Shown here: one piece after another, positions 9,214 through 16,418 of the stretch
Numbering within the stretch: position 1 is the first letter of the stretch
Layout: every line of letters starts with the position of its first letter
DNA from: a virus
Lineage: Duplodnaviria; Caudoviricetes
Strand: one strand, 5' to 3'
Virus record (IMG/VR): IMGVR_UViG_3300038393_000928
Span: 1 to 50,221 of that record
Length of the DNA stretch: 50,221 nucleotides
Notes under the pieces: generated by a model
Told to the model about the DNA's origin: nothing
The model's input: the letters and a program-made list of their open reading frames with translations, nothing else
Database searches by the model: none
Translations under genes and position numbers: made by a program

Positions 9214-9683
9214 GCGAGCGTCTAGCAGCGGCGGTCGAAAGAGGTCGCGCGGAGGGCAAGCTGGCGCTGTATTTCGGCTGCTGGAACCGGCCTGGACACT
9301 ACCTGCACCGCCCTGACGGCAATACACTCTGGGACGCCAAGCAGAAGATTCCCGGCTTCCCCTGGTCCGACGCGTTGATGGACGGTGGCCTCCTGAATAA
9401 CGGGAAGCGCCCTGACGTTTACGACGGCAAGGTCTTCTCGACTTGCGGCGGCCTGTCGTTCTGGTGGGCCTTCTTCTGGTGGGACAATTCCGTTGACCGG
9501 CGCGGTGCCAGCAACTCGGGCTTCTATGTCCGAGGCTTCGCCTTCGATGAGCGAGAGGCCGCCTTTGCTTACGCAGGCGAACAGTTCCCCAGCGTCGTCG
9601 CCCGCCAAAAGCATTCGCTGATTCTGCAACCGCCTCGCGCCACCCCTGCCACTTCCAAGACCGAGATAGGGATCGAACCATGA
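9210..9683 (+). CDS. Trp-rich hypothetical protein
   Basis: YFGCW..PGHYLH...DGGLL...WWD.SVD.RG.SNS; ATGA coupling. Confidence 0.75.
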   Translation: MSERLAAAVERGRAEGKLALYFGCWNRPGHYLHRPDGNTLWDAKQKIPGFPWSDALMDGGLLNNGKRPDVYDGKVFSTCGGLSFWWAFFWWDNSVDRRGASNSGFYVRGFAFDEREAAFAYAGEQFPSVVARQKHSLILQPPRATPATSKTEIGIEP

Positions 9684-9880
9684 GCTACGACCTGAACGCG
9701 CTCGCTCAGAAGATGGACGAAGCCATCAAGCGCGCAGCGATCACGCGAACAGAGAGCGTGAGGCTGGACTTATGGGCGCCTGAAGCTCGCGACCTTCTCA
9801 CCTTGCTACGCCACCACATCACACGCGTAGATCCGGCCGGTCTGAGCAACGCCGCTTCAATCCCTGAGACAGGCTCCTAA
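9680..9880 (+). CDS. Hypothetical protein
   Basis: ATGA coupling. Confidence 0.6.
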   Translation: MSYDLNALAQKMDEAIKRAAITRTESVRLDLWAPEARDLLTLLRHHITRVDPAGLSNAASIPETGS

Positions 9881-9979
9881 CAGCCATGAGCCATGTTCGC
9901 GATCACGGCCGTCGCACCCACAAACCTACCCCTGCCCGATCCGCCCACCCCCTCCCTAGGAAGAGAATAAATGGAAGAT

Positions 9980-10177
9980 ATGGCATCCCAGAGCCAGCCC
10001 GTCTTGGCCTCAAATGGCCAAACCGACGCGGAGACTTCTGCGGCTGAAGAGCGCCTCGTTCGCGCCTGCAACGCCGTCATCAACGCAAGCGCGGAGTTTG
10101 GCCTTTCCAGCGGCTACTGCGGCGAGACCCTAGCCGAACTCTGCGACGCCCTGGACCGCCTCATGGGTGACTCATGA
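9980..10177 (+). CDS. Hypothetical protein (alternative start 9971)
   Basis: N-terminus similar to the 7797 ORF (SQP...AE.SAAE.RLV). Confidence 0.6.
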   Translation: MASQSQPVLASNGQTDAETSAAEERLVRACNAVINASAEFGLSSGYCGETLAELCDALDRLMGDS

Positions 10178-10311
10178 CCGAATCTGTCTTCCCGGCCTTC
10201 ATCGCTTTCGCTCTCGGCTGCGCCTTCCTATCGTGCGCTGGCGGCCCGCCCGTCAAACCGTGGAAGCGGCCTCCGCACATCCGCAGGGGCAAGGCGGGGG
10301 GCCGGTCGTGA
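10174..10311 (+). CDS. Small membrane protein, 45 aa (not in ORF track)
   Basis: MTESVFPAFIAFALGCAFLSCAGGPP...; ATGA and GTGA overlaps. Confidence 0.55.
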   Translation: MTESVFPAFIAFALGCAFLSCAGGPPVKPWKRPPHIRRGKAGGRS

Positions 10312-10514
10312 GCCCCGAAGATCATGAACGGGCGCGCCGCTTCTGCCTGGAGTGGCTTGGCGAGCCCTACGACCCGGATCAGCATCCCGAATGGCTGAAT
10401 CTCGCGCGCTCTTATCTCGACCTGGAGCGGCGAAGCCGCGCTAAGATCGAGGAGGCAAACCGCGAGATTGCGAAACTCCGTCGCATCATGTCCACCCCCA
10501 CGACTGGGGCCTAG
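10308..10514 (+). CDS. Hypothetical protein
   Basis: GTGA coupling; MSPEDHERARRF... Confidence 0.6.
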   Translation: MSPEDHERARRFCLEWLGEPYDPDQHPEWLNLARSYLDLERRSRAKIEEANREIAKLRRIMSTPTTGA

Positions 10515-10516
10515 AC

Positions 10517-10777
10517 ATGGCTCATGGCAACGCTCACCGCAACCACCTCGGCAAGCGCGACGTGCATCGCGTCTGGGCAATGCGCCGGTACTGGCACTTC
10601 ACATTCAGCGATCAATGGGGACCGATCCTCACCGACGAATGGGGCGATCCAGCCAACAACATGCCGCTGGCCGACGAGGAGCACCCTTTTTGGGACGCGT
10701 TCGAGGTGTGGCAGAAGGCCCGCTCTCAGGATGGCACCACTGACCAGTCGGGGCGTGGTCCCGGGAGGAACACATGA
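10517..10777 (+). CDS. Hypothetical protein
   Basis: Tightly packed ORF; Trp-rich. Confidence 0.65.
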   Translation: MAHGNAHRNHLGKRDVHRVWAMRRYWHFTFSDQWGPILTDEWGDPANNMPLADEEHPFWDAFEVWQKARSQDGTTDQSGRGPGRNT

Positions 10778-11178
10778 CCGACCTCTCCGACTTAATCACA
10801 CGCTTAGAAGGGGCTGAGGAGGCGGATAGGGAATTGGATGCGCGGCTCTATGTTGAGCTGATTGCGCGCCTGCGTCGCCCTGACATCGAGGACATGATCG
10901 CTGCACGCGCTGCTAGCCATCCGGACGAAAACGTGTGGCTGAGCGGCGCCCGCGATTGGCAAGTGCCCCCGTTCACCTCCAGCCTCGATGCGGCACTTGG
11001 GCTGGCTGAGAGGGTGTTGCCGGGGTGGTGGTGGGTCGTCAGTTCCACTGGAGGAGAGTGCGCGGCCGAGATCGGCAACCTGGAAACACCACTCGCCGAC
11101 AACATCATTGCGACATCCAAGACCCCCGCCGTCGCCCTGGTCCTGGCGGTGTTGAAGGGTAAGGATGGGGGCCTCTAG
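10774..11178 (+). CDS. Conserved phage hypothetical protein
   Basis: LI.RLE.A...DRELDA...P.FT.SLDAA..L.ERVLPGW pattern, as recalled from alphaproteobacterial prophages. Confidence 0.7.
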   Translation: MTDLSDLITRLEGAEEADRELDARLYVELIARLRRPDIEDMIAARAASHPDENVWLSGARDWQVPPFTSSLDAALGLAERVLPGWWWVVSSTGGECAAEIGNLETPLADNIIATSKTPAVALVLAVLKGKDGGL

Positions 11179-11244
11179 TTCTACCCAGCGGCGACGTGTC
11201 TTCGCACGCTGCCCCCAAACATCCTGCGATCTGAAGGGAAGACG

Positions 11245-11667
11245 ATGAGCAAGCGCCGCATGGAACTCGGTCCAGCGTCAGGCTGGGCGCCGTGGCAGCC
11301 GAAGAAGCACGCCCGCGAGCACGCACCCTATGATTACGAACATCGGGACCGCTACTGGGGCAAGCCGTACGAGCGGTTCCTAGATCGACGCGGCCTGCAT
11401 AGGCGCTACCCCTCCGGGCCGAGCGCGTGGCGCCCGGGTCGATATCGAACCTCCGCGTGGCAGCCCTACAGCGGTTTTGGGCGTTTCTCAGGCCTGTCGG
11501 AGATCATGGATGGCAAATACCACGCCGCTCGCTACACGGGCCGCCACGTCACCCCTGAGCACTACACGCTGAACCGATGGGGCGTGGAGGTCTACGAACA
11601 GCAACTCGCCGAGCGCTGGCGCAAAACCTCATGGACCCCGAACCTCGAAGTCGCGCGCGCAGCCTAG
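11245..11667 (+). CDS. Hypothetical aromatic/Arg-rich protein
   Basis: GAAGGGA RBS; intact ORF. Confidence 0.6.
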   Translation: MSKRRMELGPASGWAPWQPKKHAREHAPYDYEHRDRYWGKPYERFLDRRGLHRRYPSGPSAWRPGRYRTSAWQPYSGFGRFSGLSEIMDGKYHAARYTGRHVTPEHYTLNRWGVEVYEQQLAERWRKTSWTPNLEVARAA

Positions 11668-11741
11668 CCGAGGGAAGTCCCGAGGCCCCACAGGTTGACG
11701 GCTAGGCCCCGGGAGCGCCAACAATCAATTGAGGGAAGACG

Positions 11742-11840
11742 ATGCCTGTAGAACTTCTGTGGCTTGCGGCTGGCCTGCTTTTCGGCGGCATTGGCGGCTA
11801 CTTCGTGGGCGCCATCTCCGAAGCGCGACGGCGGCCCTGA
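11742..11840 (+). CDS. Small membrane peptide, 32 aa (not in ORF track)
   Basis: MPVELLWLAAGLLFGGIGGYFVGAISEARRRP; GAGGGA RBS. Confidence 0.55.
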   Translation: MPVELLWLAAGLLFGGIGGYFVGAISEARRRP

Positions 11841-11849
11841 CCGGAACAC

Positions 11850-12074
11850 ATGACCGAAAGAACCTACCTCCCAGGCCTAGAAGACCAACCTCATGAGGTG
11901 GTTCTAACCCTACCTGCCAGGGAGTGGGCGGCTCTGGTTCGATTGCGCGACGAAACGTTCAGTGGCCAGCCGCTCGAGCTCGTAGCCCGCAAGCTGGTTC
12001 AGGACGGCTTGCTGGCGTGCGGCGTGCTTTCGCTACCGCCTGGCAATCGCGGACGAGCTGCGGGGCGCAAGTAG
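11850..12074 (+). CDS. Hypothetical protein (possible RHH-like)
   Basis: Last + strand gene before the convergent lysis genes. Confidence 0.55.
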   Translation: MTERTYLPGLEDQPHEVVLTLPAREWAALVRLRDETFSGQPLELVARKLVQDGLLACGVLSLPPGNRGRAAGRK

Positions 12075-12143
12075 CCGCTTCGCCACCACGACACACATCA
12101 CCATGACCACCAGCATCAGTGACAGCCAGAATAGGTCCGTCAC
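12033..12143 (-). CDS. Small membrane peptide after o-spanin (not in ORF track)
   Basis: MTDLFWLSLMLVVMVMCVVVAKRLL...; GTGA coupled to lipoprotein stop. Confidence 0.45.
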   Translation of the reverse strand: MTDLFWLSLMLVVMVMCVVVAKRLLAPRSSSAIARR

Positions 12144-12424
12144 TTTCCCGAGGAACAGGCGGAATCCTTCGCGAGCCCAGCCCGTTCCCATCCTCGACGC
12201 CCCCAGCTAAGAGCTTCAGCCACAGAGTTCAGGAAGTCCGACAGAGCTTGCCGCTCGGCCGCGGTCGCCGGCTGGATCACACCGCCCTGGACCTGAGGTT
12301 CCTTCTCAAGCGCAGCGCAGATACGTGGATCGACAGCTTGGGGCCTCGGTTGCTCAACGAGGCTGGAGGGCGTCGCGCAGCTGGTCAGCGCCAATGAGAG
12401 GGCGGATAGGGCAACGGTCAGCAT
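12140..12424 (-). CDS. Lipoprotein, o-spanin (Rz1-like)
   Basis: Signal peptide with lipobox LTSC; overlaps the Rz-like gene. Confidence 0.75.
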   Translation of the reverse strand: MLTVALSALSLALTSCATPSSLVEQPRPQAVDPRICAALEKEPQVQGGVIQPATAAERQALSDFLNSVAEALSWGRRGWERAGLAKDSACSSGK

Positions 12425-12722
12425 CGAGCTTGACGGGCGCATTAACAATCTCCCGGATAACCTTGGCGGAAGCGCGGGCCTGCTTCACGCGGGCGTCGCA
12501 CTGGAGTTGGACGCTATCGACGGCCTGGCGGGCGACCTGGGCCTCTGTGGCGCGGATAGCCTCGGATCGACGGAAGGACTTCTCCCAGCCCGCGGCGAGC
12601 TGCTGGGCGGCCTCGGCCTTCGGCTTCCACTGCGTCACGCCGTCGCTGCGCCCCTTGGCGTAGAGGCCCCCCAGAAGCCCCAGGACGGCCAACAGTGCGG
12701 CTATGTAGATGTACACCCTCAT
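12354..12722 (-). CDS. i-spanin (Rz-like)
   Basis: N-terminal TM plus coiled coil, immediately after lysozyme. Confidence 0.75.
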   Translation of the reverse strand: MRVYIYIAALLAVLGLLGGLYAKGRSDGVTQWKPKAEAAQQLAAGWEKSFRRSEAIRATEAQVARQAVDSVQLQCDARVKQARASAKVIREIVNAPVKLDADRCPIRPLIGADQLRDALQPR

Positions 12723-13198
12723 GACAGGCCCTCCAGGCACAGGGCGCGTTCATCCTTGCGCCGGTTGTCGAGGCCCTTCACGACCTTGCCGCCGGCCTTG
12801 TTCCAGGCCAGCAGCGAGTCACAAGCCCCGCGTAGATCCCCGGCCAGGGCCTTGCGGGACATGGACGAGCCGCAGAACGCCTGTGTGCCGATGTTGTAGG
12901 CCGCCGACACGAACGCAGCTCGCGTCTCGGTCGGGAGCACTTCAGGCAGGCATGGAGAGATAGCCGCGCCGTACTCGACCAGCTCACGCGCCGCCAAGCT
13001 CTGACACTGAGTATCGGTGTAGGTCGTGTTGGGCTTCACGCCTCGGGTTGTGCCGGCGCAGGCGGTCCAAACGCCCACGATATCGGCGTAGGACTTGCGC
13101 TCCCAGCCCTCCCACTGGATCACCAGGGGGGCTGCGGTGGCGCAGGCGATGAACAGGGCGGCGACGCCAGCCGCGCCCTTCTGTGCGGAACTAGCCAT
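12719..13198 (-). CDS. GH24 lysozyme, SAR-type endolysin
   Basis: E-x8-D-x5-T triad (EGWERKSYADIVGVWT), YNIG, GL..RR..E; Ala-rich N-terminal segment. Confidence 0.92.
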   Translation of the reverse strand: MASSAQKGAAGVAALFIACATAAPLVIQWEGWERKSYADIVGVWTACAGTTRGVKPNTTYTDTQCQSLAARELVEYGAAISPCLPEVLPTETRAAFVSAAYNIGTQAFCGSSMSRKALAGDLRGACDSLLAWNKAGGKVVKGLDNRRKDERALCLEGLS

Positions 13199-13393
13199 CT
13201 ACTCGTCACGCCCCCGCGTCCTGGGGGACATGCGGGCGAAGTCCTCCGCGTCGTCGTCGGCCTCAAGGCGCTCCACGCGGCGGGTCAGATCTACGAGCCG
13301 TTCCTTGGCCCGGCCGATCTTGATCAGCAGTCCAGCCAGGGCAGACAGCACGCCGAACACGCCCACGAGGGCGCCTATAGCCTCGAAGCTCAT
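13199..13393 (-). CDS. Single-TM protein, holin candidate
   Basis: MSFEAIGALVGVFGVLSALAGLLIKIG; directly upstream of endolysin. Confidence 0.5.
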   Translation of the reverse strand: MSFEAIGALVGVFGVLSALAGLLIKIGRAKERLVDLTRRVERLEADDDAEDFARMSPRTRGRDE

Positions 13394-13508
13394 GGAAACC
13401 TCGCGATGTGAGGGGGCTATGCGCTTCAGCGCATAAGGTTGGTTTATGCCGTTTGGGGCATACTCAGGCGGCGCGTTGGGCCGGTGATGTACAGATTTCT
13501 GTACAGGT

Positions 13509-14696
13509 CTAGGCGGCTCGCAGCATGGCCGCAGAGCAAGTGTGCCGCTCCACCTCGCCAAAACTTGCCGCGTAGACAATGGCGCGGGTGTCCCGCAGGG
13601 ATCGATATCCAGCACCAGCGTGCCAGAAATCCTTGGGCGCCAGCGTTCGAAGGCTTTCGACCCGCACCCCCTGGATCTCCTTCACGGTGTCGTGGTGGAT
13701 GTGTCCGATGAAGATGTAGCGATACTCCGTCGCCCCCCAATCCTCGGCGCGATCCACCGCCATAAGAAGGGGTAGATCGTTAGGCTTTGCGCCGTGTCCA
13801 TGATGCCCGCCGATCAGAACCTTGCCGAAGCGCAGGTACCGGTACGCGGCCCTGGTAACGTCGATCTCCACCCGCGGCTCATCGTGGAAGAACATCGAGA
13901 GCGCGAGCGAAATCGCGAAAGCCGCGTCCGGATCGTGGTTCCCCGGCAGAAGCCAAACAATCACCTTGGTGTGCTTCTCCAGCATCCGGCGGATTGCGTA
14001 GGCCCAAGCGTGGGCGCTAACGAGAATTGCGTCATTGTGGTGGCCGTCCATATCCATCTGGTTGCCGTGACCCGGCGTTCGATGGCTGCCGTCGTTCGCG
14101 TGCGTGTTGTCCCCGACGTTCATCAGGAGCGCTGTGCTCGATGGGGGCGTCGTGCTCACCAGCCGGTCGATACCGGCGCGGGTTATCCGGTTGCACTCGG
14201 CTAGGTCAAAGTCATCGCCTGACGAAGAGGCGGAGGCCTTCATACCGAAGTGGGGATCGCCGAAAGCGTACACCGCCAGGAGATCGTTCAAGACATGCTC
14301 TGGCGGCGGGGTGATCGGCGCCAGCGCTCCGAGCGAGCCAACCAAGCCCTCGACGAACGCTCGGATGCTCTCTTCGGCTTGCTGCGCTTGGGGCGATTGC
14401 CGCTCCCAGGTCCGCTCAACACTTCCATCGGCGGATCGCTGGATAGTAACCTTGCCCATCGCATAGCCGGGCGCGACGCCGTGTTGGAAGTGGCCGGGCG
14501 CATAACCCGCCTTGGCCGCCCGAACCTTCAGCTTGCGGATGGCGCGGGAGAACAGCCCAAGGGAAACGCCCGCCTCCCGCTCAGCCGCGCCTACGGTTCC
14601 CGCCGCAAGTACGCGGTCGATGATCTCGCAATCCCGTGCAGACGCCCACAGTGGGTTCTTGAGGTCTTCGCTGACTTCGGTCGGAGGTGTTGGCAA
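13509..14696 (-). CDS. Calcineurin-like metallophosphoesterase with N-terminal HTH-like region
   Basis: GDPHFG, NVGD..H, PGNHD, HHGH, GHIHH motifs. Confidence 0.85.
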   Translation of the reverse strand: MPTPPTEVSEDLKNPLWASARDCEIIDRVLAAGTVGAAEREAGVSLGLFSRAIRKLKVRAAKAGYAPGHFQHGVAPGYAMGKVTIQRSADGSVERTWERQSPQAQQAEESIRAFVEGLVGSLGALAPITPPPEHVLNDLLAVYAFGDPHFGMKASASSSGDDFDLAECNRITRAGIDRLVSTTPPSSTALLMNVGDNTHANDGSHRTPGHGNQMDMDGHHNDAILVSAHAWAYAIRRMLEKHTKVIVWLLPGNHDPDAAFAISLALSMFFHDEPRVEIDVTRAAYRYLRFGKVLIGGHHGHGAKPNDLPLLMAVDRAEDWGATEYRYIFIGHIHHDTVKEIQGVRVESLRTLAPKDFWHAGAGYRSLRDTRAIVYAASFGEVERHTCSAAMLRAA

Positions 14697-14698
14697 CG

Positions 14699-14848
14699 TC
14701 AGCCCTCGTCTTCCACGAGGTCAGCCACGACCCCCGGTTCTGGCTTCTCAAGGTCTTCGGAATACGGAAGGCCTATGCTGCGAGCCCAGCGGCGGCGCTT
14801 CTCGTGGTAGCGCTTGCGGGCGGCCTCGATCTCGTCGGGCGTCATCAT
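14699..14848 (-). CDS. Hypothetical protein
   Basis: TGATG coupling. Confidence 0.55.
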   Translation of the reverse strand: MMTPDEIEAARKRYHEKRRRWARSIGLPYSEDLEKPEPGVVADLVEDEG

Positions 14849-15054
14849 CAAAACGCCACCGTCACTCGAAGCAGCTTCACACGCCCTGCACAGGTCTTCG
14901 GCCGGTAGCACATGGGCCTTGCCGACCAACCGTAGCGCTCAGCGGGATCGCTCGCCGTCCACGGCGTTTCTGCCAGGATGACTACTGACCGAGGGGCCGA
15001 GGCGCACCCCGCCACATAAATCCCGGCCAGGAGAACAAGGGCCAGCCGGGTCAT
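14848..15054 (-). CDS. Small lipoprotein
   Basis: Signal peptide plus VAGC lipobox. Confidence 0.65.
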   Translation of the reverse strand: MTRLALVLLAGIYVAGCASAPRSVVILAETPWTASDPAERYGWSARPMCYRPKTCAGRVKLLRVTVAF

Positions 15055-15293
15055 CCGATCAGGCCTGTCTTGAACAAGACCACGGTGACCAGGAGCACGA
15101 TGGCCGTTCCAGAGACGGCGAGCAGGATGCCCTGGAGGAGGTTCTTGTGAGCGGCGTTGTCCGCCTTCAGGTCGCCAAGCTTCTCAAAGATGGCGCTGTA
15201 ACGCTCCGCGCAGACCGCCTCGTGGCTGTCGATCTTCGCGTGCGCGTTTTCAGCCACGGCCAGGGCCACAGCCGCGGTCGGTCTCTCGGTCAT
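15051..15293 (-). CDS. Coiled-coil plus C-terminal TM protein (XhlA-like/holin-like)
   Basis: HEAVCAERY motif and C-terminal hydrophobic helix. Confidence 0.6.
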   Translation of the reverse strand: MTERPTAAVALAVAENAHAKIDSHEAVCAERYSAIFEKLGDLKADNAAHKNLLQGILLAVSGTAIVLLVTVVLFKTGLIG

Positions 15294-15387
15294 TCATCGG
15301 GGCTTTCGGCTGGAGAGCGCGCCGTCACTTGCGCTGGTTGTGAAAATTGTTCTTGCACCCTGGATGGCTGTAGTACATCTTGCAGCC

Positions 15388-15540
15388 ATGGTTCAGCCGA
15401 AGACGCCGCCGATGGGAATCCGCCCCAATCCCGCGCTGAGAGCCCGGGTCGAGGCCTACGCCGCGAGGCACGGGATCAGTCGCCACGCCGCCTTGCTGAA
15501 GCTGATCGAGAAGGGCTTGCGCGCGGAGGGCGTCGAATGA
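15388..15540 (+). CDS. Arc/RHH-like regulator (moron)
   Basis: PPMGIRPNPALRARVEAYAARHGISRHAALLKLIEKGL. Confidence 0.7.
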   Translation: MVQPKTPPMGIRPNPALRARVEAYAARHGISRHAALLKLIEKGLRAEGVE

Positions 15541-16418
15541 GCATCAGAACGTTGTCGAAGTTGGTCCTGAAGCACCCGCTCAACCAGCGGAGCGGGCGGA
15601 CCTCAGCAGCCCTGCGCATCCTCCGCTGGCAGCTCGCGCAGCGCTTGATGCCGGTCCCGATGGCCGTGCCGTTCGTTGGGGACAGTCACCTGATCCTGAC
15701 CAAGGGTCTCTTCGGTGCGACCGGGAACTGGTATGCCGGCTTGCACGAATCTAATGAGATGGGCTTCGCGCTTCACCTCCTGCGGCCGGGCGATCTCTTC
15801 GGAGACATCGGCTCCAACGTCGGCAGCTACACGATCCTTGCGGCTGCGGGCGTCGGGGCGAACGTCGTCGCCGTCGAAGCCTATCCCCCCACCTTCGAGC
15901 GCCTGACCCGCAACATCGCCTTCAACGGCGTCCAGCATCTGGTTGACGCCCGCTGCACCGCGGTTTCCTCAAAGGTCGGAACCCTGCGCTTCAGCACCAG
16001 CTACGACGCGATGAACCACGTCATGGGGCCTGACGAACCCGGCGAGTTCGTGGAGACGCCCATGGTGCGCCTGGACGACGTGATCGGCGACCGATCCCCC
16101 ACGCTGCTCAAGATCGACGTGGAAGGCCACGAGTTGCCGGTGTTGCTGGGCGCCCCCAAGACCCTCGCCAACCCCTCGCTCATGGCCGTCATCATGGAGA
16201 TCAACGGCCTCGGCTCTATGCGAGAGGGCGTGTCCGATGACGAGATCATCGCCCTCATGAAGGGGAACGGCTTCTCGCCCTACAACTACGACTGTCTCGC
16301 GAGAAAACTTGGCCCCCCGGTGGACCCCTCCAACACCATCTTCGTGCGCGATCCGGAGGCGGTTGACGCCCTCTGTCGAAGCGCCCCTCGCTACCGGCTC
16401 TGCAACGGAGAGATCTAG
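15537..16418 (+). CDS. FkbM-family SAM methyltransferase (moron)
   Basis: LRPGDLFGDIGSNVGSYT, LLKIDVEGHELPVL.G motifs; ATGA coupled to the RHH gene. Confidence 0.9.
   Translation: MSIRTLSKLVLKHPLNQRSGRTSAALRILRWQLAQRLMPVPMAVPFVGDSHLILTKGLFGATGNWYAGLHESNEMGFALHLLRPGDLFGDIGSNVGSYTILAAAGVGANVVAVEAYPPTFERLTRNIAFNGVQHLVDARCTAVSSKVGTLRFSTSYDAMNHVMGPDEPGEFVETPMVRLDDVIGDRSPTLLKIDVEGHELPVLLGAPKTLANPSLMAVIMEINGLGSMREGVSDDEIIALMKGNGFSPYNYDCLARKLGPPVDPSNTIFVRDPEAVDALCRSAPRYRLCNGEI

Noticed and set aside
8261-9683. CRISPR array or classical integron attC array
   Set aside because: Spacers are whole genes, there are no cas genes, repeats lack RYYYAAC/GTTRRRY boxes, and the integrase looks like an ordinary attP integrase.
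15147-15536. N-terminal 130 aa of the 423-aa ORF
   Set aside because: It overlaps a minus-strand gene and the RHH gene; the methyltransferase more plausibly starts at ATG 15537.
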